From Microcoleus sp. (GTDB lineage Bacteria > Cyanobacteriota > Cyanobacteriia > Cyanobacteriales > Microcoleaceae), in NCBI GenBank assembly GCA_042408215.1, contig JAYFMW010000008.1, positions 128,001 through 192,000 of the forward strand: a DNA stretch of 64,000 bases. The letters are read 5' to 3'. This document shows, piece after piece, positions 41,401-53,405 of this stretch (positions within the stretch are counted from its first letter, which is position 1; every line of letters starts with the position of its first letter). Both the position numbers and the translations under genes were made by a program. The notes under the pieces were generated by a model, which was given only the letters and a program-made list of their open reading frames with translations, was not told the origin of the DNA and did no database searches.

Positions 41401-44400
41401 AGCGCTAGGTTGTTAGTTAAGCTGTCGGGAATCGGTCGAGTCGCAGCCACCAATTGAGGATTGGGCCCCAGCGGGTTTGCGATAATGCCGATATTTCCAC
41501 CCTCGCGCGTATTTACATTTGCCCTAGAGTTGCGGCCGGCAACAAAGGCATATTTCCCGTCTTGCGTTACTGTTACAGCCACTGCCTCGTTGACATCAAA
41601 ATAGTCAGTGGCCGCGCCCAGCGACAAAGGAGCGTAGCGAACTTCAGCATTAAAGTTGAGGGGGTCATCAGACGTAATGGAGAGCACGCCAAAGCCTTTG
41701 CCGTCATCCTGAAGCTTTATCTGTTCCCCATTACTTATGGCAAGGACACTAGCAAATCCGTTGGTGAACACCATTTTCATCGGGTCGGAAGTAGCAGCTA
41801 TGCCCTCTGTCTCCGATGCGGTGGGAATTACTCCAATCTGCTGGTGCCACTTCCGCTCGTTAGCACCCTGAGCGCTAGGTTTGTCGGCGGGGTCAATGTT
41901 GACAGCGTAAATGCGGCGGTTAGGTGTTTGTTCGTTATTGTCGGAACCTGTGGCGAACAGTCGCCGCCCGTCGCTGCTGATAGCTAACTGGCTCAGTCCC
42001 AGCGGCGATGAGACGTTAATTGTCTCGACAACGGTATGATAAGTTGCCGAATTCGGGTTAATGTCGAGAACGTAGATGTTGGGGCGATTTTGGTCGGCAA
42101 TGTAAGCATAATTGTCTTTGGGGTCAATGATAATACCTTGCGGTCTGGCCCCTGGAGGCAAGCTAATTGCATCGACAGTCTCCGTTTCCTTGGTGGTGTC
42201 TATTTCTCGCAGCGCTATCAAATCCACTACCGAAACGCGGCCGGTGTCGCGCAGAGTCACGTAGGCGCGGGTGGCATTGTTGGTAGCTGCTATCGACTCC
42301 GGTCGGTCTGATGTATTGGGATTACCTACAGGAATGTTAATAGCAACCGCCAATTTATCGCTGGTCTGGGTTTCAACAGTTGATAAAGGGTCTTTGAGAT
42401 TAATAACGTTGATTTTGTCGCCCGTGCGTTCGGTCACCAGCGCCAATTCAACGCAGGTAGGGGCGAGGCGGATATTTTCTTCACTTTCTAGTTCGACAAT
42501 CTCGTAATCTCCAGTACCCAGTCCGAAGCGCTTTTTCTGCTTCCTCGACACTACAATACTGGATTCGCCGACGGGTACGGTAATCGGAATTTTAACGGCA
42601 ATTCTGTAGCTATTTTCTCCCAAATCGGTGTTTTTATCCGGTATCAAAATGCCTGGATAAGTTTTGTAGCCGACGCGGAAACTAACTGTTAAATCCTCAA
42701 ATTTACCGCCCAAATCATTGGAGTTATTCAGGAAATTGCTACCTGTCAGGACGACTGTTGGATCGCCATTTTCTAACTTAAATTCAGCGGATTGAAGCAC
42801 TGGAGGTGCGAAGGGGTCTGCTGGGAATAATGTGGGTATATTTACAGTCGCTGTGACGCTGGGAATTCCTTCTGGGTCGAGTTCGACACCCGCCGGAGTG
42901 ACTACAGGTAAACCGACTTGTGGAATGGCGATGACTTTCAATCCAGATTGCAGATATTTAGCTAAGTAAGCAAGGAGTAAGATTGTAGCGGCGAATTGGG
43001 CTCCGGTAGCGGCGGCGATACCGATTAAACCTGCATTTGCTGCTAAAAAGGTGCTTTGGAGACCGAAATTAGTTGAGAGGTTGAGTGCACCAGCAGTTTT
43101 TGTGGCAGCATCTACAGTTGCGATAGTTGCGATATTAAGCAACTGTTTCAGTGTCAGAGCTGGAGCTGGAGCTCCTAGTAACCCTAGAGTTGGCCATATA
43201 AACATCGAATATTCGCCACTGTCCAAAACACCAGGAAATGGTGGGGAATTGGTTCGGATAGTGCCCGAAGCATCGACGTAGCCGGATTCTTGAATCAGCC
43301 AAGTTGGGTTTTGAATATTGTTAGCATCCGGCAGCGAACCTTTTCGCATGAATAAAATTTCGGTACCGGGAGATAAGCCGGCGGGGGCTGGAATTGCTAA
43401 TTGAGCGGGCAATTTCAGAGATTCATCACCCGTCTGGAAGTTGTAGCGATAGAGCATTGCTGGTTAGAGATGTCAAGCTAATAGCTGTATCTTCGGCAAG
43501 AGCACTCCTCGGCACCATCACAATTGAACCGTCACTGCCAGTAACTGCACCGCCATTTACTCCTAAAATTGTTCCGGCGGCGGCAGGAAGGGAGACTCGT
43601 ACTGGTACGACTTGTTCGGCTGCTCCGTGAATGACGGTGACGTTAGTAACTCCTTCTTCTATTGCAGTAATAAGGCCGTCTGAATTCACTTGCAATAAGT
43701 TGGAGTTTCCGGGGAAATAGCGAGTTCCTACTGAGCCGAATTTCAAATCGGGGGATTTGATGATATTTTCAATTCCTACTAAAAGCGAGCGTCCCATTCC
43801 GGCTGTCATGGTGACTGCTTTGGGATAGACATTCAAACCGTTAATCTCGGCTAGTGCTCCATTGAATTCTGCATCGTTGGTGGGGGCTGGCAATTTTCCT
43901 ACTCGCACCGCTGTTACTGCTTGCAGGTTGTTGCGACTTGCGCTCAAAACTGAAGTACCGTTGACCAAACCTGTCACTTTACCAGTTGGATCAATTGGTG
44001 CTACTTCTGGATTTATTGAAGTGTAAGTTAGATAAGAATCTGGCAGCACTACACCTTTTTGGTCGGCAAAATCTCCGAGCACAACTAATTCCGTATTCTG
44101 TCCTGCATTGAGCTGCGGATTACGCTTCACAAAATCCAAATTCAGCAGGGGAATGTCGCTGACGTTGACTGTTACCCGCGCGGGAATAGAACTCCCAAAA
44201 CCGTCGCTGGCAAGGAAATCAAAGCTAGCAATTCCAGAGAAACTGGTTGCTGGTTTGAACGATGCTTTGTTAGTTAAGGGATTGAAAATTACTGTGCCGT
44301 TTACTGGACCCTGGACGCTAATTGTGAGAGGGTCGCCTTCTACATCTGTGGCAAGATTGTCTAATTAAATAGTTGTCTCTAATTCTGTATAAGTCCGAGC

Positions 44401-47400
44401 GCTTGTCGGTGAAACAACGGGCGGATTGTTATCAGAATTCGGGGGATTAGCTGCTGCGAGCAATTGTTGTCCTAAGGTCGTATTGCGCCATTCTTTGTCA
44501 GGATTGATGACTGTATCTAGCAGCGGTGCGTTTCCTATTGCGCCACTAATTTTAAAGATTAGGTCATTGTAATCTCTGTCCGAGTTAGCGGCCGACATAT
44601 CTTCGAGGGCGAAGGTGTTGCCGGTGCCGGTAATATCGGCTATTTGTAGCAGATGAGCGGTATCGTTGGGATTGGCTGTGGCGATACTAAATAAGGGACG
44701 GTTTTCGGGGAACCAATTTCCCGAATACGAGGATTGGAGGGATGATTGTATTGTAGCGTTGGGGACTAACATGACGGCAAAGGTGTCGCCTGGTAGCATG
44801 GAGAAAGTTTTGATACCCTGATATTCGCCGCTGCCCCAATCCCCGTCGAAGGGCATCGCACCGGTGAATTTTGCTCCTTCTGTACTGTCGCGGATTACAA
44901 CGTTTCCTAATGTGGAATTAGTTAGGACTCTCCTAGCAGCTTCGGCGATGAATTCTGGAGTACCAGGTGTAAATGCTTCCATTCCTGAAAGGCTGAAAAT
45001 GCCGACTTCGCCAGTAAAGTACCCGCCGTCAAACTGATAGTCAAATTTGACTTTTCCTTGGTCATCTACAAGGAAAGTGCCGGGATTGGGTGAGTTGGCT
45101 GCTGCTGTTATTGAGAGATTTGTTGGGGAATTGGTATTGGTTTGGAAGTCGCCTGTACGCTGTGTTGAATTGGGTTGAGTGTCTGCAATATTGTCTGAAA
45201 ATTGAGCAGAGTTTTCGGTCGCTGACGCTAGCAAAGCGCTGGTTATCTCTGGGGATTGCGGCGCAATTTTGGTATCAGAATACGCAGGTAAAACAGCGAC
45301 AGTTTCTGTTGGACTTGAATTGCTATTATAATTGTTTGAAGTTGGTTCAGGTGGGGATTTAAGAGTTGAGGGTGAAGCGCTGGTTTCGACTGAGGCTATC
45401 TGTGCCGTACCTGCTGCTGTTTCTGATGGAGTTGAGAAGAGTGCTGGGCTTTTCTCAGTTTCTAATTCCGCTGCTGTTTCGGAAACAGTAATGTTCCGTT
45501 CGATTGTATCAGCAGTGAATTCTGCTGTCGATAGCGAATCGGTTTTTGTTGGCAATTCGCTTTCAAGTTCTGATGTTATTTCAGGAAAAGCGCTCTCATT
45601 TTCTACCGTAGCCGAATCGTTTTTTGTGGGAATAATTGACTCGGTTTTTGTTGGTAATTGTTCGGCGGCGCTAGAAACATTGGAGTGGGTTTCTTTTGGT
45701 GATTGTTCGCCCACATTAGAGCTGAGTAAGTCTGTTTTTGCAGGAGAATTTTCTGCAAGTGGAGCGATAATTGACTCTGTTTCTGCGGGGGGTTGAGAAA
45801 TGCTTGCAGTTACAGTTGTGTCGGTTTTGATTAATTCAGCATCTGCTGATAGACTGACAATAGATTCTGTTTTAACTGGCTGTTTAATTTCCGAAAGTGA
45901 GTCAGTATTGTTCGGAGTTTTTTCTGGGGTTTTAACTGCTGCTGTTGCTGTCGTCACCGCTACATTTTCACTGGCTGCTGTTTTTGGTATTGCAGCAGGT
46001 TCGGTTTTTAATGGGTCAACTTTTCCTGAATCATTCTGTTTGTCAGTTAAAGATTGAGTAGCGGTTTGTACTGGCTTTTGTAAATCGGTTGATTTGACTT
46101 CTGCACTGATATTAGTGTCAGGTAAAACTGGGTTAGATGTGGCTGGAATTAATTGGGCTGTTGGGAGCTGTGTTGTCGGCGGCAGTTGAGAATCTGAAGG
46201 GGGTTTTTCTGTCGGTGTTGCATCGATTGTTGGGGATTTTTTGTCTGAGTCTATCAGGGTAGCTTCGGCAACAGGAAGCTGTTTGTCTGACTTTTTTATT
46301 TCTGAAGTTGAGGCAATTGGAGCTTTTTTATCGGAGTCTATTTTGTCAGAAACTTCGGCAGTACGAGATTGTTCGCCTGAGTTGGCTTTCTCCACAATTG
46401 TGGAGTTTTGAGATTGCTTGTCTGAGTCTATCTTGTCGTCAGCTTTGGCAACTGGGGACTGTTTGTCTGTAGAGGTTTTATCAGTCGAGGGTATGTTTGG
46501 GCTAGCCGCAATAGTTTCGGTTAAATTTGTTACTGCAATTCGATCGGATTTTTCTGATGAAGTTGTACTATTATTTGGGATTGCGGTTGATGCAGTTGCA
46601 GGTGATGTTTTGTTCGGCTCTGAGCGATCGGTTGATACAGTGGCAGGTGATGTTTTGTTCGGCTCTAAGTTCTCAACCGTTGATACAGTTGCAGGTGATG
46701 TTTTATTGGGTTCTGAATCACTTTTGAGTGTAGCCCCTGACGATAAGGATGTTTTGTTATCTTCGGGTTTTGAAGTCGTTTCAGCAGTTGCGACTAATGT
46801 TGTTTTGCCCGCAGCTTTTTCGCTCGTTGTGTAGGCAGTTACATCCGGTAATTTTGGGCTGTTTTCTTGGTCGGATTTGGCAACTGCGGCTGCGGGTAAT
46901 TGTGTTGAGTTTTCAGCAGGTAATTCATCCCTCGCAGCGGTTGTAGTTGCTGTGGTTTTATTGAATTCTGAGTTGCTGATTGACGAGTCGATTGCAGGTG
47001 CGTTTAGAGCGGGTTTATTAAAATCAGAAGTATCGTTATTTGAGGCAATTCGATTTGGGTTGGTTAGGGGGTCTGCTAAGTCGGAGTCGAGTTTACCAAT
47101 TAGGGGGTAAACTTCAGAATTTGTGGTATCCCTGAGAGTGCTGTTAGTTATCAGAGGGCTGGTGTTGGCAGAAGGTATGCTGTTAATATCGGAGGCTTTA
47201 TTAATAATAAAAGCATCAGCTTCTGTTCGAATGAATTCGGATGCGGGCCCGCTTGCGGGTTCTATTAAGTTAGGTTATTCGGGGTTTTCAGAAGAGCCCG
47301 GAGTTTGATCTAATAAGGTTTTGTTAGTCTGAATTCCCGGCAGTTGTGGGGCGAAAGTTGGGGCAAGTCCGGGAATTAAGGATTCCATTTCTGTGAAAGG

Positions 47401-47427
47401 TTCTCTAATCGGATCGGTTAAAGGCAC
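38427..47427 (-). pseudogene. Giant (~3000 codon) exoprotein / polymorphic toxin: S/T/E/P-rich stalk, DUF4114-like, Ig-like, beta-propeller, alpha/beta-hydrolase-like, C-terminal ADP-ribosyltransferase-like tip
   Basis: AGGAG + GTG at 47427; in-frame TAA at 47275-47277 and 44365-44367; frameshift near 43430; the 1676-aa ORF ends with LYHGT, GFYLT, LNVKNP, LKSQGYDAI, YIVFDPKQV. Confidence 0.75.
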
Positions 47428-48086
47428 TCTGGGCGCTCCTTGAGAAATGGTTAATTTCTTTTAAATCATTATTCAGCGGTTACTCATCATTATCTGCTAG
47501 ACTCGATTATAAGTAAATTCGGGAAAATACAGAAGTTAAGAGTTTTTTTTGGTGTTGCTAGTCTGTTTGATTTCCTGTATATTTACTGAGAGTTTTTCAA
47601 CTTATGCTAAATCTTTATGAAAGTAAGTTTTTTCAGGCAGGAAAATACTTAAATAACCGATCGCACACACTGTCTCTCTCTATTAAGATCGGCTTCCAGT
47701 ATTATTAATCTGAGATGTTGCACCAATATCAATAAGGGGCTTTTTTGTGGGTGGGGGCGGGTTTATTTAACCTGTCTGCACCCCTTAAAGCTTTTGGTGA
47801 ACCCGCCCCTACAGGTTTTTGATTGCGGGTGCAATATCTGGGATCGATACTCACCCGTCAGGAAATCGAGCTCTTGCTTAACGATGGTTGGCCCTGGATC
47901 GCAACCGCGGCCTCTACAGTTAATTGTCAGCCCCTTCGCTCTTCCAAACTTTCCTGGCCCTTCCCCTTCCCCTTACTCTCGGCTTCCTGTAAAGTAAACA
48001 ATTGTAAAGAAATATGAGTTTTCTCTGATCCTCTGGTTAAGACCGCCAGCTAGCATTCACAATTGAGACCCAGATTAGAACTTCCT

Positions 48087-48893
48087 ATGTCACAGTTTTT
48101 TTCCCGCAAATTTCTAGCCTCTGCTGCTGCATTTTTCCTGGCTTTGTCGGTGTGGGCGATCGCCCAACCGGTACTCGCTTTCAATAATCCCGATTTGTTG
48201 CCGTCAACTCCAACCCCAATCATTGACTTAGCTAAAGCCCTGACGGACATTGAAGAAGAAGGGCTGGCCAAAAATTTAAACGCCTTTGAGGCAGAAACTG
48301 GCTGGAAGCTGCGAGTGCTGACTCAGTACGATCGCACGCCCGGTTTGGCTGTCAAAAGTTATTGGGGCTTAGATCAGAAGAGTGTGTTGCTAGTTGCCGA
48401 TCCCCGTGGCGGCAATCTGCTGAATTTTAATGTGGGAGACTCTTTGTATCCACTGCTGCCGCGCACTTTTTGGGTGGAACTGCAAACCCGCTACGGGAAT
48501 CAGTTTTTTGTGCGGGACAATGGGGAAGATCGATCGATTATTGAATCTTTGGAGTCGATAGAAGGCTGTTTGCGTCGGGGTGGATGCCGCGTGGTTCCCG
48601 GTTTGCCGAGGGAACAGTGGATTTTGACGTTAATTACGTCAGTGGTTGGCGGGGTAATCTGCGGGTTTGCAGCTCAGCCACGGAAGCCTGGACAGATTGT
48701 AGCTTGGCAGTGGGCGCTAATTTTTTCGCCGCTGTGGGGCATCATGTTTTTGGCTTTCGGAATTGGGCCGGTGGTGACTCGGACTTCTGAGTGGCTGCCT
48801 TTGGTGCGGAATGTGGCTGGTTTTGCGATCGGGGCTTTGGTGGCATTCCTGACTCCGGTGCTGGGTAAGTCTTCACCGTCGTCAGAAACTTAG
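48087..48893 (+). CDS. TPM domain protein
   Basis: Signal peptide; FEAETGWKLRVLTQYDRTPG; ELQTRYGNQFFVR; C-terminal TM helices. Confidence 0.8.
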   Translation: MSQFFSRKFLASAAAFFLALSVWAIAQPVLAFNNPDLLPSTPTPIIDLAKALTDIEEEGLAKNLNAFEAETGWKLRVLTQYDRTPGLAVKSYWGLDQKSVLLVADPRGGNLLNFNVGDSLYPLLPRTFWVELQTRYGNQFFVRDNGEDRSIIESLESIEGCLRRGGCRVVPGLPREQWILTLITSVVGGVICGFAAQPRKPGQIVAWQWALIFSPLWGIMFLAFGIGPVVTRTSEWLPLVRNVAGFAIGALVAFLTPVLGKSSPSSET

Positions 48894-48896
48894 TTT

Positions 48897-49051
48897 GTTA
48901 TTAGTCATTAGTCATTAGTCATTGGTCATTAGTCGTTGGTCATTAATCAGGACGGGTTTTTCAGGTTATTTGTTGGCTGCCGAATGGGTCCCAAAATAGG
49001 CTTCTGACAAATAACTAATAACTAATGACTAATGACTAATAACTAATGACC
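48897..49051. repeat. Inverted heptamer repeats (TTAGTCA)n ... (TGACTAA)n
   Basis: Directly visible. Confidence 0.8.
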
Positions 49052-49103
49052 AAAATCTGGTAAGCTGATACTTGATAATTCACAGGCGACAGCTATTCAA
49101 CAC

Positions 49104-49727
49104 ATGGAATGGCACGTAAGCGATGCCCAGAGTCTGGGATTAATCGATAGCGAAATTGGTGACCACGGTTTTTCAGCGGCGGAGTACGAAATAGTCCGCC
49201 GCGTGATTTATGCGACTGCTGATTTTGAGTACAAGTCTTTAATTAGTTTTTCCGATCAGGCTTTGCAGGCTGGGGCGGCGGCTTTGGCTGCTCGAACGAC
49301 GATCGTAGTAGATGTGCCGATGGTGCAGGTAGGCATTACGCCCCACCTCCAAAGTACCTTTTCGAATCCGGTGTACTGTTCGATGGAGGCTTGGACGCGC
49401 CCTCAAAAAGAAAAGACGCGGGCGGCTTGGGGGATTGAAACTTTGGCTAAACGCTATCCTGAAGGGATTTTTGTGGTGGGCCAGGCTCAAACCGCTTTGT
49501 CGGCGATCGTCGATTTGATTGAGGCCGAGGAAATTCGGCCGGCTTTGGTAATTGGCACGCCTTCTGGGTTTGTTGGGGGTGACGTGGCTAAGTCGCGGCT
49601 ACATGACTCGATGATTCCTCATATTCGGATTGAGGGGCGGAAGGGTTCTGCGGTGGTGGCTGTGGCGATTGTGAATGGGCTGGTGGATTTGGCTTGGCAG
49701 GCTTACGGCCAAGAGGGGAATAGTTGA
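49104..49727 (+). CDS. cobH: Precorrin-8X methylmutase
   Basis: IVRRVIYATADFEY, DVPMVQVGI, LVIGTPSGFV, GRKGSAVVAVAIVNGL. Confidence 0.85.
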   Translation: MEWHVSDAQSLGLIDSEIGDHGFSAAEYEIVRRVIYATADFEYKSLISFSDQALQAGAAALAARTTIVVDVPMVQVGITPHLQSTFSNPVYCSMEAWTRPQKEKTRAAWGIETLAKRYPEGIFVVGQAQTALSAIVDLIEAEEIRPALVIGTPSGFVGGDVAKSRLHDSMIPHIRIEGRKGSAVVAVAIVNGLVDLAWQAYGQEGNS

Positions 49728-49745
49728 TCGAAAATTCAGGAGTTA

Positions 49746-50078
49746 TTAGTCATTAGTGATTAGTCGTTCTGGATTATTTCTAGCAGTGTTGCGGGAAATT
49801 AACCAACTTTCAAGCGATCGTTGACTTTCACTGCTGCGCCTCCCAGCTAGCAAACCTTCAACTCCAATATGTTCGTCTAAATCAACCCATTCAATGGCAT
49901 AACCATCTCCAAGTAGCAGCCAATTATGTCTTTCCTCCGGGGAAGCGTGCAACAAACGGGGATACCAAGCTAAGGGAACACTTAAACTGCAACCATCAGC
50001 TAAGTCCACAATTACTTTTTCATCTGTCACTGTGACTTTCATTACAAGAGGTTCTGTTTCAAGTGTCAAAGTAGTCAT
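49746..50078 (-). CDS. DUF2442 protein
   Basis: LADGCSLSVPLAWYPRLLHASPEER...IEWVDLDEHIGVEGLL. Confidence 0.85.
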   Translation of the reverse strand: MTTLTLETEPLVMKVTVTDEKVIVDLADGCSLSVPLAWYPRLLHASPEERHNWLLLGDGYAIEWVDLDEHIGVEGLLAGRRSSESQRSLESWLISRNTARNNPERLITND

Positions 50079-50185
50079 CCCAAGCCTCCAACAATATTTT
50101 TTCGTATTCTTCTACAAGACGAGCGATCTGGTTTAATTCATGCTCTTTGAAGCCTCGATTTTTTTCTAGAGATACAGGATTCATA
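50059..50185 (-). pseudogene. 5'-truncated DUF4160 partner gene
   Basis: Translates NPVSLEKNRGFKEHELNQIARLVEEYEKILLEAWDDYFDT*, overlapping the DUF2442 start. Confidence 0.6.
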
Positions 50186-50340
50186 TCAAATCCCTTGGTA
50201 TCGGAATTATTCATCTCTCTCTTCTGGAGACTCGGCGCCCTCTGCGCCCTAGAAGAGTTAAATCATTCAGAAAGAACCGTAAACGAGAGCATCCAAAATT
50301 GGGCAAATTGCCCATCGCTCTTTAAACTTTCGGTACTTTA

Positions 50341-51054
50341 TTAATAATCAGCGGACGATCGCCTTTTTGTACTTCTACTGTTATTATCTCGATCGCCCGT
50401 TTTTTTCTCTCTACCTTTTTTAATCTGCTGACTCATCTCAACAAACACATCTTTACGCAAATAAGGATAGTCACTCACCCACACTTCGCGGCTGGGAATG
50501 TAAATATCTGAAACTTTAGCAATCCTGCCCAAATCTTCTTGATTCGACATGATTAACATTAAAGCAGCTTGACCGGGGACAATTCCTTGGTGACTTTTTT
50601 GCAATGGCGCTGTAAGTGTGGTAGTAAATCCCGTTTTGTCGCCGACTTCTAAGTTGATTCGCGGTTCTAAGTTGTCAACAATTACGAGTTGTCCTTTTTT
50701 GTTAACTGTTTCCTCTTGACTTGTGACTTCATCTGTGATATATATATCCAAAACTCGTCCTTGCCAAAAACCGCAATATTTATATTTACGGCATTCTGCA
50801 TTCCGCAAACTCGCCCACAAAATCGGGCCCCAAAGCCAGTATAAACCGGCTATCAATCCGGTAATTAAAACTAGAGGCCCAACATCGGAACCGGCGAAGT
50901 TGTAGATGACAAGTAGGAGCACTACAACTACGGCGGATATTAGCATTCTCCTCAAAAAGTCTGGTGGTTTTCCCCAGAAATATTTGTATTGAGAACCAGT
51001 GGCGACGGCGGGAATTAGTTCTTGAAAGGTTTCGCGGGTTAAGGGAATTAGCAT
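50341..51054 (-). CDS. Conserved cyanobacterial membrane protein, function unknown
   Basis: [20 protein letters not shown]; two TM helices; WVSDYPYL. Confidence 0.75.
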   Translation of the reverse strand: MLIPLTRETFQELIPAVATGSQYKYFWGKPPDFLRRMLISAVVVVLLLVIYNFAGSDVGPLVLITGLIAGLYWLWGPILWASLRNAECRKYKYCGFWQGRVLDIYITDEVTSQEETVNKKGQLVIVDNLEPRINLEVGDKTGFTTTLTAPLQKSHQGIVPGQAALMLIMSNQEDLGRIAKVSDIYIPSREVWVSDYPYLRKDVFVEMSQQIKKGREKKTGDRDNNSRSTKRRSSADY

Positions 51055-51055
51055 A

Positions 51056-51235
51056 ATGGGGAATGGGGAATGGGGAATGGGGAATTGGGAATTGGGGATG
51101 GGGAATTGGGGATTGGGAATTGGGGATTGGGAGTTGGGAATTGGGAGTTGGGAATTGGGAATTGGGAATTGGGAATTGGGAATTGGGAATTGGGAATTGG
51201 GAATTGGGAATTGGGAATTGGGAATTGGGATGGGG
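51056..51235. repeat. Heptamer tandem repeat (GGGAATT)n, about 25 copies
   Basis: Directly visible; inverted relative to 51663-51724. Confidence 0.92.
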
Positions 51236-51279
51236 AGTTTTTTTGGGTTGAGATCTATATCAAGTCTTTAATTACTCAT

Positions 51280-51648
51280 TTAATATTTTTTGTCACCTAT
51301 TGAGTTTAGATAAGCATTGAGTTTTGGTGGTAATTCATCAATTATTGGTTGAATTTTTCTGACTTGTTCATCTGCTAACAACTGTCTGGCATATGCCAAT
51401 CTCAACCAACTGATTGTTTCATATAAAGAGCCTCTGGCAATCTTAATAAAACGCCGATTGTCTTGATGATTATACCTGCCACGTCCTTCTGCGATATTAG
51501 CACAAATACTATCGGCGGAGCGTACAATTTGCTTTCCCATAGTATCTTTCGTGAAATAATCCCATTGTTTGACGATAAACCAAACCTCATTTGCTAACTT
51601 TTCAGCCAACTTGTAAACATCCAAATCCTCAAAATCTGGTCTACTCAT
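51280..51648 (-). CDS. Four-helix bundle protein (23S rRNA IVP / bAvd-like)
   Basis: [10 protein letters not shown]...[19 protein letters not shown]...[13 protein letters not shown]. Confidence 0.9.
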   Translation of the reverse strand: MSRPDFEDLDVYKLAEKLANEVWFIVKQWDYFTKDTMGKQIVRSADSICANIAEGRGRYNHQDNRRFIKIARGSLYETISWLRLAYARQLLADEQVRKIQPIIDELPPKLNAYLNSIGDKKY

Positions 51649-51662
51649 ATCTACACCCCTCT

Positions 51663-51724
51663 ATTCCCAATTCCCCATTCCCCATTCCCAATTCCCAATT
51701 CCCCATTCCCAATTCCCAATTCCC
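51663..51724. repeat. Heptamer tandem repeat (ATTCCC[A/C])n, 9 copies
   Basis: Directly visible; abuts the dapB stop codon. Confidence 0.9.
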
Positions 51725-52551
51725 TATAGTATTTTTTCCAAGCCGTAAACGAGCGATCGCAATTCAAGCACTTTGCGTACAGCCAGCAACACTCCGGGCA
51801 TATAACAAGCGCGATCGCTCGTATCGTGCCGCAAAGTATAAACTTGACCCTCGCCACCAAAAATTACCTCTTGGTGAGCAATTAAACCGGGTAAGCGGAT
51901 GCTGTGAATCCGAATTCCTTCCTCCGCCAAACATCCCCTAGCTCCCTGCAACTTTTCGGTTTCTTCAACCTGCGGGGGATTGAAAGTTTTCCCCATTTCT
52001 GCTAACATTTGGGCAGTTTGAATGGCGGTGCCACTGGGAGCGTCGGCTTTTTGATTGTGGTGGAGTTCGATAATTTCTACGTGTTCAAAATATTGAGATG
52101 CTGTGACGGCAGCTTGTTGTAGTAGAACCATGCCGATCGAGAAATTGGGTATAATCAAACAACCAATGCTGGCTTTATCGGCAAATTCAGCTAATTTTTG
52201 AATTTGCTCGCTACTCAAACCGGTAGTGCCGACGACGGGGCGAATGCCGTATGCTATAGCCGATCGCACATTTTCGTAAACCGAATTCGGGTGTGTAAAA
52301 TCTACCATCACCCCTAACTGCTTTTCTTGAGCAGCCAATACGAGCATTCCTTGCAAATCGTCGGTAATGGGAACTTCCAACGGGCCGCCCCCGGCTAACT
52401 CTCCTGCATCGGCGTGCAAGGACTCAGGAGAGTGGTCTATGGCCCCGAATAGGGTTAGGTCCTTAGCCTTGGCGATCGCCTTAATTACTTCGCGGCCCAT
52501 TTTGCCGCCAGCACCGTTAACAATCACCGGAATCGGAAGTTGACTTGTCAT
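51724..52551 (-). CDS. dapB: 4-hydroxy-tetrahydrodipicolinate reductase
   Basis: [40 protein letters not shown]. Confidence 0.96.
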   Translation of the reverse strand: MTSQLPIPVIVNGAGGKMGREVIKAIAKAKDLTLFGAIDHSPESLHADAGELAGGGPLEVPITDDLQGMLVLAAQEKQLGVMVDFTHPNSVYENVRSAIAYGIRPVVGTTGLSSEQIQKLAEFADKASIGCLIIPNFSIGMVLLQQAAVTASQYFEHVEIIELHHNQKADAPSGTAIQTAQMLAEMGKTFNPPQVEETEKLQGARGCLAEEGIRIHSIRLPGLIAHQEVIFGGEGQVYTLRHDTSDRACYMPGVLLAVRKVLELRSLVYGLEKIL

Positions 52552-52739
52552 AATTTGAAAAAATCCTTAAAGTCGATCGACTAAATTTTAATCCTAGCAG
52601 GACTTACCCACTATACGGCTTAGCATTAACTTTGTTAAATCAAGCAATCAGCTTAAGCAAACTCGGTTTCGGCACAAGTTCTGAAACAATCATACTCTAT
52701 CTAATAATAAGCTCAATTCTGTGAGAACAGACAACGACC

Positions 52740-53367
52740 AGCGAATTTGCACCGATCAATTTTTTCCGATGGCAGAAGTTGCTGTCTGTCTCAATCCTCG
52801 ACTGCGGTAGTGGGAATTTCTGAGGCGGATCTTCAAGCTTTGGGCCGATTTCTGATGGCCAAGTTCGCGATCGCACAAACCTTGACAAAATTGCCAAAGT
52901 ACCTGCCAAAAGCGATCGGTTTGGATTTGTACCGGGATTGGCCACAAGCAGCGGGGCGCAAGGAATTACTGGCGCAACTGCTGCGGGATACAAGGCGATG
53001 TATCGGGCGAAGGCTTTGGGAATGGTGTTGACTGGTGTGGGCGCGCATACAAAAAGCTTTAGGATGTGCGATCCTCTGACGGTTTTCCCGAACCAGATTG
53101 CTTCGTTCCTCCCAATGACATATTCTGGGATGCTTGGGGCGGGCGATCGCAAATACTAGAGGACACAGCGGCTAATTGTTCGCGGGGCTATTTGGGAACG
53201 GGTTTGAGTACCGAGAGTTTGAAGTTGGAGATTGCTGAGAGTGTGGAGACTGTGGCACTGTTGGCTAAGTTAAGAGCGGCTGTGAATAGGGTCAAGGTTA
53301 TTGTTTTGCTAAGCCCTTACCGAGGGATGATGCTACTGCTTTGATGGCCTCTGAGCCGCAGTGGTAG
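52740..53367 (+). pseudogene. Heavily decayed EAL-domain (c-di-GMP phosphodiesterase) remnant
   Basis: TGLSTESLKLEIAES and CE*GQGYCFAKPLPRDDATALM in different frames; left boundary uncertain. Confidence 0.5.
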
Positions 53368-53405
53368 TTATTAGTTATTGGTTGTTATTTTTTCTCGATT
53401 GTTTT

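Noticed and set aside
45090..47308. Plus-strand ORFs over the low-complexity region
   Set aside because: Antisense to the stalk of the giant minus-strand gene.
51056..51303. GIGNWEL-repeat ORFs
   Set aside because: Artefacts of a stop-free heptamer repeat read in three frames.
51280..51648. Diversity-generating retroelement (Avd-like gene)
   Set aside because: No reverse transcriptase and no TR/VR pair with adenine-specific mismatches seen in the window.
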